A stretch of 64,000 nt of DNA from Octopus sinensis (GCF_006345805.1 NC_043017.1:21204001-21268000); one strand, 5' to 3'; positions 48,646-60,539 are shown, counted from the stretch's first letter. Made by a program: numbers and translations. Notes: generated by a model from the letters alone, not told the origin.

Positions 48646-49499
48646 AATACATATATATAAACATGCATTTATATATATATGTGTGTGTGTGTGTATAAAC
48701 ATATATATATATATATATATATATTTGGTGGTGCCCCAGCATGGTCACAGCCCCAAGGCTGAAACATATAAAAGAATAAAAGAATAATATATACATATAT
48801 ATATAACTACACACACACACATATGTAGTGTTGCTATTATGCAAAAGTGTCGTAAGTCCAAAATGTTGCTTTTCCAGAAAATGAAAAAATAAGTTTCACC
48901 ATTCCATAGCAAAACTGTTGTGCTGCACTTTGACAATTTCTGATATCTTGGCATCTGAAGCACCTATGATAGTTTGAACAAAAGAACCGGCTATTGCAAG
49001 TAAAAATAAAAACTGCAAAAAATGATATTCGCCAAATTTGGACATACGATGGTTTAACATAATAGCAACGTTAATTATATTTATAGCTACACCCCCACAC
49101 ACACATATGTAGTAATGTTTGGTTTTCATGTTCAATTATAGTAAAAACGTTTATATATTTGTTGTGCAAGATTTTTTATGTGACGAAAGAACTCTGGCCG
49201 AAATAAGATTAAGATTAATGTAAAAAATATATATCGCTGAAGCAAAATTACACTAAATATATAGTGCATGTGTTTTTATTGGCTAAACTGGCAAAATGAC
49301 CATTCTGAAATATAACAATATAGTAAAAACAATTTACATTAATCTGATGGGTTAATCTATACTTTTGTAGAGAGCAAATTTATCATTCTTAAGCAAGAAT
49401 ATTGCTGACAGGGACTTGGAAGTTTCAGCCAGTTAAACCATCATCTGATGATGCCTTAAATGGACAAAATTTCGAAGTCACTATCAACGAGCAAAATTG

Positions 49500-49725
49500 C
49501 AGTCATGGCAGATACTCGTATCTCGCAAATGGCATATAAAAGCACCCATTACACTCTTGAAATGGCTGGCATTAGTAAGGGCATCCAGCCATAGTAAACC
49601 ATGCCAAATCAGACTGGAGTCAGGTGCAGCCTTCCAGCTTACCAACCAACCCTGGTCAAACTGTCCAACCCATGCCAGCGTGGACAATGGACGTTAAATG
49701 AGGATGATAACGATGATGATGATGA
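49500..49725 (+). mobile_element. Family C
   Basis: 'ggcatataaaagcaccc...gggcatccagcc...(gat)n'. Confidence 0.8.
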
Positions 49726-49735
49726 TAATATATAC

Positions 49736-50116
49736 TATAATGAATGAGGGAAATGGTAACCACAATTCAGAAGAAACTTTATTCATCACAATGATCGTTT
49801 CGACCCATCTGGCATCGGTCCCTTGTGAGCGGGATACTGTACAACTCATTGTGGTGCATCCTCTGGTACAGGGTGCATATATTATAGCCAACAACCTACT
49901 GACAGCAACAATATGCCAAGTGAAACTGAATATATTAAGCAAGGTACCTTATTTAAAACAAGACACCTGATGAGATGCATCTGCACCGGAAGATGCAACA
50001 CAACCAGTTGTACAGTATACCACCTTCAAGGGGCCAATGCAAGATGGTTTGAAACTATCATTGTGATGAATAAAGCTTGTTGTGAACTCCATTTTCTGTT
50101 CCTCTCATTCATTATA
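49736..50116. mobile_element. Foldback/MITE-like element with ~140-bp imperfect inverted arms
   Basis: Arm 49736-49878 matches the reverse complement of 49975-50116 (e.g. 'ctttattcatcacaatgat.gtttc', 'atactgtacaact'); ends in TATAATGAATG...CATTCATTATA. Confidence 0.8.
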
Positions 50117-50526
50117 AACTCAATGAATGCTGCAAAATTCCTGAGTTAGATCCAATGACCCTTACATCAAAGCTGCGGATGACATCAGGTAGCCTAAATG
50201 GTGGAAGTGCTTTAATCAGCTTGCTGCTAACCGTATACCTTAAATCCAAATGATTACTTTTATATATATAAATGTGTATACAAAGCAATGAATAGCTTTG
50301 CGGAAACAATGGTATGCTTTGTTTTCTGACTTTATAATCATCTCATAATAATGACTTTTATGACTTTTATTACTACCTCAGTCCATCTAAATATATATAT
50401 TTGTCGTTACCTTTTATAAAAAGCCTTTTTTAATTTTTATTTGCAATGTGCATTTTCGTTGATTTTTTCATATTTTACCCTTACATTTCCACGTGTATTT
50501 CATATTTTCTTTTTGTAACATATTTC

Positions 50527-50567
<41 letters not shown>

Positions 50568-50734
50568 TTGTTTGTATATCAGACAGATATCTATTAATTA
50601 ATCTTTTCCACAATACATTCAGTGAAGCTTTACTATAGCCTCGTACGCCTATTGACTGCTATTTCCAGCAAAAATTGGTACCTTGTTGGGCTACTATTTC
50701 CTAATTACACACACACACACACAAACACACACAA

Positions 50735-50897
50735 TGGGCTTCCACACAATTTCTGCCTACCTAATCCACTCACAAGTTTCTGGTTGGCCTGGAGCTACAG
50801 GTGAAGACTCTTGCTCAAGGTGCCACGCAGTAGGACTGAACACAGAACTCCACTGTAGGAAAGCAAACATCTTACCTCACAGCCACACATGCACCTA
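50735..50897 (-). mobile_element. SINE family A, 5' half
   Basis: Reverse complement of the A head. Confidence 0.7.
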
Positions 50898-51429
50898 TGT
50901 ATAAATATACTATACACACACTTATATGTATTTTTTGTGTGTGTATGTATGTATGTATGTATATAAAACAATGAGCATAAAATTGGTTTCATTAAATATA
51001 TATGGAAATATGGGATGAGAACGCCTCCCTTTAAATTGAAAAGGTTTATAGAAAGAACCTGCATTGGTAATGGTTGGTCTTTATAAATGGATAAAAACCT
51101 ATCCAAGGTGAATAATATACTAGGCACAATTGGACAATGGAGTCACATGAAACTAAAACAAGAAGATTGCTGGGAAATATATTTGGTGTTCCACATGGCT
51201 GACTGAGCGAAACGAATATTTCAATTTGCACAGAAGTGTGTGTTCTGTTTGATTTTCATGCTTCATTTCTGTACGGCTTGAGATTTTCATGTTTTGTAAA
51301 ACATGAAAATTTATGTGATATGAAGACGCCATGCTCGATGAATTGTATATTGATTGTGAGTTACCTGTTGTTTAGGATGGTGATTTATGTTCAATATTTA
51401 ATTAGAAGTGATATTGAGTTTAGAGTTTT

Positions 51430-51995
51430 AGTATGACAAGTAGTGGTCATAAGTAAAGGTGTATGATGATCGCAACGTCGTGAGTTCAATTCCTGGCAGT
51501 GCATCGAGTCCTTGTGTTAGAAGTTTTATTTCACATTTGGCCTCACAGAGGCAATGACCAAGACCTTTGGCATTATGCCATGCTGGAGAAGACCCATCGC
51601 GGTCATGGCAGATACGGTGGTAACGCAAATGGGACCCATGCCAGAGGCACATAAAAGCACCCATTACACTCTAGGAGTGGTTGGTGTTAGGAAAGGCATC
51701 CAACCATAGCAAACCATGCTAAATCGGACTGGTGTCTGGTGCAGCCTTTCAGCTTACCAGCCATGGTCAAACCATCCAACCCATACCATCATGGACAATG
51801 GAAGTTAAATGATGATGAAGATGACTTGTAATGAAAAGGGCCAGCCCTGCAACATTCTGTGTCATGCTGAATCTCCTTGAGAACTATATTAAAGTTACGT
51901 GCCTGTGGAGCACTCAGCCACTTGCACTTTAATTTAATGAGCAAGCTGATCCATTGTCTGGACAACTGGAACACTCACTGTCATAAAAGACAGCG
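51430..51995 (+). mobile_element. E head + tail X SINE interrupted by a family C insertion (~51545-51825)
   Basis: E head 'gtgagttcaattcctggc...ttttatttcacatt'; tail X resumes 'aagggccagcc...gtggagcactcagccacttgcac'. Confidence 0.7.
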
Positions 51996-52043
51996 AGCCA
52001 GTTTAGTAGTCATATATCTTGTATGACAATATCCATTAGGACC

Positions 52044-52611
52044 CTAACCCTTTTGACACCAACCCAGCTGAAACTGCCTCTGGCTCTGAAGTACAAATGT
52101 CTTATTTACAAAAGTTCTGAATTAAAATCTTTCACCAAACCTTAGTTACAATTTATGTTCCTAACACTTGAGACCCCCTTCAGTCATGACTGACCGTGGG
52201 ATTGCACCTAGAAAGTTATCCTCCCAGGCACAAGTCCGGGCAAGGTTATTTATGAAAGACCATGCATACCGGCCTCCTCCTCACCACGCCACCAGTATTA
52301 TCAAAGGGAAAGGCAACAGCAGATACAGCTTGGCACCTGTGACATCGCAACTCATTTCTACAGCTGAGTGAACTGGAGCAGCATGAAATGAAGTGTCTTG
52401 CTCAAGAACACAACACACAGCCCGGTTCAGGATTCGAACTCACAACCTCACCACCGTAAGCTCGATACTCTAACCACTGAGCCATGCACCTTCACTTCCT
52501 AACACTAGCTTAATGATAACTAAGTTATTTTACTAAATTCTTTGTTATATTTAGAATTAATTGAAAGAAACACAGAGCATCTCAACAGAAATATGGTAAC
52601 AAAAGTGTTAA
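52044..52611. mobile_element. piggyBac-like MITE copy 1 (~230 bp host) carrying a SINE insertion
   Basis: Ends CTAA-CCCTTTTGACACCA ... TGGTAACAAAAGTG-TTAA; colinear with 52635-52861. Confidence 0.75.
52169..52495 (-). mobile_element. tRNA-derived CORE-like SINE (E head + tail F) with 11-bp TSD
   Basis: A box TGGCTCAGTGG, B box GAGTTCGAATCC, 'gtgttcttgagcaagacact'; TSD TTCCTAACACT at 52158-52168 and 52496-52506. Confidence 0.92.
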
Positions 52612-52634
52612 GATATATAATAGAGAAACAATTC

Positions 52635-52861
52635 TTAATGCTTTTGATACCAACCTGCCTGAAACTGCCTCTGGCTCTTTAGTACAAATGTCTTATTTTC
52701 ATAAGTTCTGAATTAAAATCTTCCACCAAACCTTAGTCACAATTTATGTCCTTAACACTAGCTTAATAATAACCAAGTTATTTTACTAAGTTCTTTGTTA
52801 TATTTAAAATTAATTGAAAGAAACACAGAGAATCTCAACAGAAATACAACAGATGGGTTAA
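52635..52861. mobile_element. piggyBac-like MITE copy 2 (empty site)
   Basis: TTAA...GGG-TTAA; uninterrupted at 'atttatgtccttaacactagc'. Confidence 0.75.
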
Positions 52862-52881
52862 GGTGGCAAGCTGTCATAGTA

Positions 52882-52950
52882 GAGGCATGTGGCTTAGTGT
52901 TTAGGGTGTTGGACTCACAGTTGTAAGATTGTGGTTTCAATTCCTGGACC
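52882..52950 (+). mobile_element. tRNA-like SINE head fragment
   Basis: 'gaggcatgtggcttagtgtttagggtgttggactcacag...ggtttcaattcctggacc'. Confidence 0.6.
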
Positions 52951-53262
52951 AGGTGATGTGTTGTGTAAATGAATATTCTCGCAATGGACCGGTGCAGTGG
53001 GGAATACACACACCACATAAACCAGGACACCAGCCCTACGAGTTTGTATCAATGTTCTGCAACTGGTAAGCCATGGCACACTGGGTTGCACAAGACGATC
53101 CTACGTGTGAATATAATTTTTTTCCTATATTTTTAGTTATATTTTTAATTCAGGTGTGCCACTAAATTATGAAGAAAATGTAAGTGTACCACAAGAGAGC
53201 ACTGGTCTATATGAGTCGAAGGAGGTAGATTTATCTTTCCTGTATGCCTCCTCTGCCCTTGC

Positions 53263-53690
53263 ACATATGGATGCGAGACCTGGACACTAAAGAAAGCTGA
53301 CCAGAAGAAAATTAATGCTTTTGAGCTTTGGTGTTGGAGAAGACTTTTGCAGATTCCATGGACAGCGAGGCTCGCCAATGGAGAAGTTCTTAAGCAGATC
53401 AGGCCAAAAATGTCACTAGAAGCTGGGATCACCAAGCGTAGATTGGCATATTTCGGTCATATTATGCAGAGAGAATCCCTGGAGAAGGACATCATGCTCA
53501 GAATGGTCAGTGGCAAGAGAGGAAGAGGCCGACCAAGAACCCACTGGCTTGACACCATCAGGAGTGATACCGGAATGGACATGGCCAATCTGAAGGAAGC
53601 AGCCCAGGATAGAACTGACTGGAGGACACTGATCCAAAGAGTAACCGAGAGTCGACTTCGACTGAGCGGATAGAGAGAGAGAGAGAGAGG
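53263..53690 (+). mobile_element. 5'-truncated BovB-like RTE retrotransposon, intact ORF C-terminus and (AG)n tail
   Basis: 53266-53673 YGCETWTLKKADQKKINAFELWCWRRLLQIPWTAR...LAYFGHIMQRESLEKDIML..VSGKRGRGRPRTHWLD...DRTDWRTLIQRVTESRLRLSG*, no internal stop. Confidence 0.93.
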
Positions 53691-53922
53691 CACAGGGCAT
53701 AGTGGTTTGGTTGTTGTACACTTGATTATAAGATTGTGGTTTTGGTTCCTGGAGTGGGTGATGCATTGTGTTTTTGAAACATGAAATGAAAGTTTGAAGG
53801 AAACGGTTATTCTTCTGTTCTTTTGTTTAAGAACCTTTGTGAAAGACTCAAGCAGAAATGGGTTCTTCAAGCAAATGCTTTTGATTTCATTTCTGGTTCT
53901 TATGGCAGTATTATAAATGTCG

Positions 53923-54425
53923 TAAACTCCATACAATCAAAGTCATGAAATACACACACACACACACACATACTTACACACACTCATATATAGATTTACA
54001 CACACACACCCACACATATATACTTACACATTTATATACACACATATGTACAGATACACACACACCCACACATATATACTTACACATAAACTCCATACAA
54101 TCAAAGTCATAAAACACACACACACACACTCATATATACATATACACACACATATATACTTACACATTTATATACACACATACTTACACACATAGACATA
54201 TATACAGATACACGCACACCCACACATATATACTAACGCATTTACATACCTACACACACGTACATACATACACGCACATGCACATATATATGCTTACATA
54301 TATTATTACACACACACACATGCTTACACACAAACATACACACATACACATATATACATATACACACACATACAAGTGTGTACGTGTGTATGTGTGTGAG
54401 TGAGTGTGTGTGTGTGTGTGTGTGT
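53923..54425. repeat. (CA)n block containing a ~165-bp tandem duplication
   Basis: 'taaactccatacaatcaaagtcat' at ~53923 and ~54087. Confidence 0.85.
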
Positions 54426-55067
54426 TGTAGATATCACACAGCAGGAGGCTTTACTATTAGCATAGAAATATTCTTAGAGTTTCATCAATTTTATTTCTTG
54501 AGGCACAATGTACTAATACCTCTCTAAGAGATTAAGAACAGAATCACAGCAACCATTTTTTTCTGTCAACAAAAAACCCAGATATATTCCTATCAAGCAA
54601 GAACCAAACAATAAATGGTAACATAGAGAGAAAAAAAAAAAAAGCAAAACCATTGAATAAAAATGGATTGGCAAACTGAAATATATTGGAATATAAAAGA
54701 AAAATTAGAAGTTATCTTTTTCATGGAAGGTGTATAAAAATCGTATATTCAGCCTATTTTGTATTTCATGTTATATTTCATAGACCCTAGTTTGTGTTTT
54801 TGATGATTTATCTTGTGCTACATGGAGAATCATATGTGTTTTCTCATCACAGGGTTTTTAATAATGGCAGAGGCGAAGGAAGGAATTGTTCTCAAAGTTC
54901 TCTAAGTTCTCCAAGATATGTATAAAAAAGATTTTATATTACTCTTTCTCTCTTTCTTACTCTGTCTCTGTATATTTCTCTATGACTCTATTTCTCCTTC
55001 CTCTCCTTTTTTTACCTACTGGAATAGCCAAGTATCTTCTCTGTGAGTGTGTGCACATGTGCATGTA

Positions 55068-55285
55068 TTACCGTCATTTAACGTCCACTATCTCATGCTT
55101 GCATGGATGAAACAAAATTCTGTTACAGCAGATACCTTCGCTGTCACCAACCATTACTAGTTTACTAAGCAAAGTAATATTTTCCCCATATCCAGACGTG
55201 TATTTTACAAAAACCTAGAAACAAACAACCTCACTTGCATGATGATGACGCCCATATACAACCATCACAAGATGTCTAGACAAGA
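55068..55285 (-). mobile_element. Family C2 (GAT-tailed variant), diverged
   Basis: 'catttaacgtccactatctcatgcttgcatgg...aagcaaagtaatatt' shared with 61803-62010. Confidence 0.6.
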
Positions 55286-55357
55286 GTATGTACAAATACA
55301 TATATATGTACGTATATATCTATATATGTATGTGTGTGTATGTATATATATATATAT

Positions 55358-55560
55358 ATAACGGGAAGGTTTACGAAAATAAACAAAAGACGAAGGCAGG
55401 TGGAGTACAAACAAACAAATGTATTAGTATGGCACTCAGGAATAGAAATAGAACAAGTCTTTTACGTTTCGAGCCTATGCTCTTCGACAGAAAGATACAC
55501 AGAAAAGAAACAAGGAGAGAAAATATGCGTGTAGGAGCTAACGGTCTATCATGGCATTAT
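55358..55560 (-). mobile_element. Family P1 copy 3, hammerhead-like motif at 55457-55496
   Basis: UCUUU-CUGUCGA-A-GAGC-AUAG-GCUC-GAA-ACGU-A|AAAGA; stems I and II fully paired. Confidence 0.75.
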
Positions 55561-55650
55561 ATGTGTGTGTGTGTGTGTGTGTGTATGTATATAATATATA
55601 TATTTCAATTTCACTCTCTACATCTCTATACACACACACACATATATATA

Positions 55651-56800
55651 TACGAGGTCTAATGAATAGGTATCCGGACTGATGCCATTGTAATAAAGCT
55701 AAATCATGCAGAGTAAAGCTACTTGACACAGATTAACCTCAATCACTACTGTGCATGTGCACTAAGTTTTAATGTTCTAGCACACTTTCACAGTTTACAG
55801 CAGTGCTTGAAAGGAAGGTGTGTAGTGTGTGGTCATCACATTGACCATGCTCAAAGGCCTACACAAAGGTGCAGAAAGTGTATGAGCTGCATACAAGTGA
55901 ATGAGTGGTTTAGACATGTTCAAGATGGCCAAAAAAATATCGATGTTGACGAATGTTCTGGGAGACCCACAACCAGCAGAGCTGAACAAAACATCACAGA
56001 TGTGCATGCAGCTGTGAAGGGATCATTGAATCAGCATCCGTGAGTTATCAGCGGATGTGCAGATTAGTTACAGTTCAGTTCAGTCCATTATCACTGAAGA
56101 TTTGGGTGTGAGATGTCATCATCATCATTGTTTAACGTCTGTTCTCCATGCTAGCGTGGGTTGGACGGTTCGACCGGGGATCTGGGAAGCCAGAAGGCTG
56201 CGCCAGGCCCCAGTCTGATCTGGCACTGTTTCTACAGCTGGATGCCCTTCCTAACGCCAACCACTCTGTGAGTGTAGTGGGTGCTTTTTACGTGCCAGGC
56301 AAGGCTAGCAACAGCCATGATCGGATTGGTGCTTTTTACGTGCCACCGGCATGGAAGCCAGTCTAGGCGGCGCTGGCGTCAGCCACGTTCGGATGGTGCT
56401 TTTTGCGTGCCACCGTGTATGACAAATTTGTGCTAAAACTGCTTTCAGCTGACCAAAAAGACTCGGTTTTCAATGGCACAAGATCTCCTTGACTGTGTCG
56501 AGAATGATGAAAACCTTTTGAAACATTGTGCAGGCCTCTGAGCAGGTATCACCAAGCTTTTGAGAAAATTTGATGCAGATTCTCTTCTCGTCTTTCTCTG
56601 TTATGTTTAATGTGATGTTCACATGCTACACACCTTCCTTCCAAGCATTGCTGTAAACAGCAGATGTGGGCAAGAATGTTAAAACTTAGTGTGTATGCAC
56701 AGCAGTGTTCAAGGTCAATCTGTGCCAAGTGGTTTCACTCTGCATGCTTTAGCTTCGTTACTATAGCAACAGTCCAGATACTTATTGATCAGACTAACTA
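55651..56800 (+). mobile_element. Internally deleted mariner-like element with ~192-bp imperfect TIRs
   Basis: TIRs 55651-55842 and 56609-56800, TA at both outer ends; remnant EWFRHVQDGQKNIDVDECSGRPTTS...IRELSADV.IS..SVQSIITEDLG..V..KFVLKLLS. Confidence 0.88.
56116..56414 (-). mobile_element. Family C inserted into the mariner transposase remnant
   Basis: The mariner frame resumes across the insertion (LGVRC|VYDKFV). Confidence 0.88.
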
Positions 56801-57019
56801 AAGAGATACAGCTAAATTGAAGCACTGCAACCCGTCCCTGCCATCACAAAAAATAGCCTACTTTTATGGATTCATAAACAGTTCTGAAATAATATATTCT
56901 GCTTTAGAAGAGCAATCTTGGAATCAGTGAAAGCAGAGCTTTTGCTTGTTAAAACATAGAATATGTAAAATAAAAATATTTGCTGTACTGCCAAACACAA
57001 ACACCACACCATATCATAA

Positions 57020-57412
57020 TATATATGTGTGTATGTATTTGTATATATATATATATTACATATATATATAGTATATATATAATATATGTATATATATATA
57101 ATAAATTGAGGGTGAATACTTGATAAATGTAAGCACCTGTATATGCCAGCTAGTAGCAGAGGTGAGAGTATATGTATCAATGAAATAAAGTGTCCTGTTT
57201 TTCATTTTATTTCATTTGATACATGTACATATATATGTATATATATATGTGTGTATACATATATATGTGAGTATATATATGTGTGTATATATATATATAT
57301 ATAAATGTATGCATACAAATACACACGCATATATATACATTCACACATGTACACACACATAGAAATATATATCTATATATAGACAAACATACACATATAT
57401 ACATACATACAG

Positions 57413-57443
<31 letters not shown>
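57020..57443. repeat. (TA)n/(CA)n blocks
   Basis: Seen directly. Confidence 0.85.
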
Positions 57444-57840
57444 GGCACAGGAGTGGCTGTGTGGTAAGTAGCTTGCTAACCAACCACATGGTTCCGGGTT
57501 CAGTCCCACTGTGTGGCATCTTGGGCAAGTGTCTTCTGCTATAGCCCCGGGCCGACGAATGCCTTGTGAGTGGATTTGGTAGACGGAAACTGAAAGAAGC
57601 CTGTCGTATATATGTATGTGTGTGTATGTGTTTGTGTGTCTGTGTTTGTCCCCCTAGCATTACTTGACAACCGATGCTGGTGTGTTTACAACCCTGTCAC
57701 TTAGCGGTTCGGCAAAAGAGACCGATAGAATAAGTACTGGGCTTACAAAGAATAAGTCCTGAGGTCGATTTGCTTGACTAAAGGCAGTGCTCCAGCATGG
57801 CCACAGTCAAATGACTGAAACAAGTAAAAGAGTAAAAGAG
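57444..57840 (+). mobile_element. SINE family A, full length
   Basis: Closely matches 12435-12833. Confidence 0.92.
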
Positions 57841-58469
57841 TATACACACACACACACACACACACACAAATAAATAAGAGTACCGAAATACCAGCTTGCT
57901 AGAAATAGAAGTCAATACCCCTAAGCCACACATCTCTCACTTGTTGGCCATTATTATTATTATTATTATTATTATTGTACTTAATAATGATAATAATACT
58001 TTATATATATATATATATATCTATGGAGAGAGAGAGAACGGGTGAGTCAGACAGACACATACATATATACACACAAACACACATAAATATACATACATAC
58101 ATATATGCATACATACCCACACAAAAGCATTTTGTAAAATATTTCACGGATGCTCTATGCAGGGAAATATTAGTTATTCCATCTGGAAATGCATCAGCTT
58201 TTAAGGTGGGTAGGACAAAGAGGAGATCCATGCAATGTGGAACATGGAACAGAACAGGGAAAGTTCCTCCTTCGACAGCAAAATGAGCAACGTTAATGGC
58301 AACGACAATAAAATCTATCTTTGGTCCGGCTGGAAACGTTCTGTTGGATTGCATTTTGTCTTGTCTGACCCATATTTCATTACAGACATCAACAAACACA
58401 GAACACAGAACACATGCACTTTCTCTTTTGCTCTCTCTCTCTCACTCACTCCGTGTGGTGTGTGCAAGG

Positions 58470-58565
58470 GTATATGTGTGTATGCATATATATAGACCTT
58501 CACACACACAAACACAGATATAAAATATATGTTCACGTATACACATATATTTGTACATATATATA

Positions 58566-58637
<72 letters not shown>

Positions 58638-58808
58638 CACATCTATAAATTATATATATACATACATACACATACGTATATATATATATATACCCACATA
58701 TACATATATACATACACATAGGTACATATATATATATTTATATTCCGTCTTCATTTTCTCATTCATATATATATCTTGCATTTTCATTTTTCATTTTCGT
58801 ATTTCATT

Positions 58809-58843
<35 letters not shown>

Positions 58844-59110
58844 TACATATCTATATATATGTATGAATATGTATATATATGTATTTATATATATGTGTGT
58901 ATATATGTGTGTGTGTGTATATATATATGTATATGTATATATGTACATATATATGTATGTATATATGTGTATATATATGTGTGTGTATATAGGTACTCAC
59001 ATATATATGCATAATACATATGCATGTGTGTGTGTGTTTATACACATGAACAATCACATCACACACACTCATATATGTATGTATATGTATTTATACACAC
59101 ATGAATATAT
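58470..59110. repeat. (TA)n/(GT)n block
   Basis: Seen directly. Confidence 0.9.
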
Positions 59111-59239
59111 ATAATGATTCCATTGATGTTTTGGTCAAGCATAAGACATATTTTATTGCATTAATAACAGACGAAGAGATTTTTTTTCGGTGCTCCCCCC
59201 ACCATCACTGCCAACATGACTACCAATAATGCATGTAGT

Positions 59240-59860
59240 ACAACTACCACCACCACCACCACCACCACCACCACCACCACCATTAGCAGTATCACTAGCC
59301 ATTACTTCCATTACTATCACTAAAAGCAAAACCCCCACCACTGGTTCCGCTGCCACCACCACTACTACCAATACTGCTAACAGTGATGATGATGATGATG
59401 ATGATGATGGTGACGACGACTATGACCACATTTACCACAACCAAAACTAGTGCCATCGTTACATCCTCACGTGGCACCAGCACCACCACTCACTGCCACC
59501 AGGCCACCATCATCATCATCGTCGTAATCACAGCTTGCTATCGCCATACCTACCACTACCATCATCACCACCATCACCATTATTATCCCTTGCCATGGCC
59601 ATCATCAGCAACAACAGCAATAACTATCTCCCTCCTTCTCCTCTTCCTCCTCCTCCCCTTCCTCCTCCTCCTTTTCATTGCCACCACATCTACCATCACA
59701 ACAGCAGCAAGCTCTATCACTATCATCATCATCGGTATCGATGGTAACATCCCCACCTCTATCCCAATCACCACCTCCATCATCATCATTATCATCATCA
59801 TTGCCACTAGCACCATAAACCAGTGAGAACATCACCAGCACCAGCACCAGCACCAGCAGG
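59240..59860. repeat. (CAC)n/(CAT)n/(GAT)n low-complexity block
   Basis: Seen directly. Confidence 0.85.
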
Positions 59861-60050
59861 CTCCAATCTGATCTGGCAGAGTTTCTACAGCAGGATGCCC
59901 TTCCTAACGCCAACCAGTCTGAGAGTGTAGTGGGTGCTTTTACATGCCACCGGCACGAGGGCCAGTCAGGCAGTACTGGCAATGGTCACGCTCAAAAGGT
60001 GTTTTTTACATGCCACCTGTACTGGAGCCAGTTCAGCAGCACTGGCAACC
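59861..60050 (-). mobile_element. Family C fragment
   Basis: 'ggatgcccttcctaacgccaacc...gtagtgggtgcttttacatgccaccggcacg'. Confidence 0.8.
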
Positions 60051-60539
60051 ATAAAACAATAACAATGATATATACACACACACACTCACACAAACACACA
60101 CACACACATATGCTAATATCAAGCAGTGAGAATGATTTCTCATCCAAGATAGTGACAAGTACCAAAATCCTATGTGGTTGGCTTGATAATTGTTGAGAAT
60201 TGACTTGCATGAAACCAGTGGTAGCCTTGTTAACCCACAAATAAAGAGTATTTATCCACCAATGTGGTGTTGAGCACTCATTCTCACTGTTCAATAGATA
60301 GACATACATACATACAAACACATATATATATATATATATCGTAGAAACAATGGATATGGAAGATACCATACTCAGTGTTCACTGAGGAATTCCTAACATA
60401 GATCCAGCAACAACTGTGCAATTACAGCGGATGACACCAGGTAGCCATAGGCAGTGAATATGCTTTGTTTGCATAATACTAGGGATATAACGAACTCACA
60501 AAGTCTAAATTGTAAATTTAATTTTACATTTAATTTTAA

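Noticed and set aside
48900-48990. Minus-strand exon candidate AGSFVQTIIGASDAKISEIVKVQHNSFAMEW
   Set aside because: Acceptor is plausible but the donor (TG|gtgaaa) is weak, and the peptide is not recognised.
53154-53179. 26-nt plus-strand micro-exon candidate (ttcag|...AAT|gtaagt; GVPLNYEEN)
   Set aside because: The surrounding 'gtgtgccac...aagtgtaccac...gcactg' resembles the end of a hAT-type MITE, so the splice signals may be coincidental.
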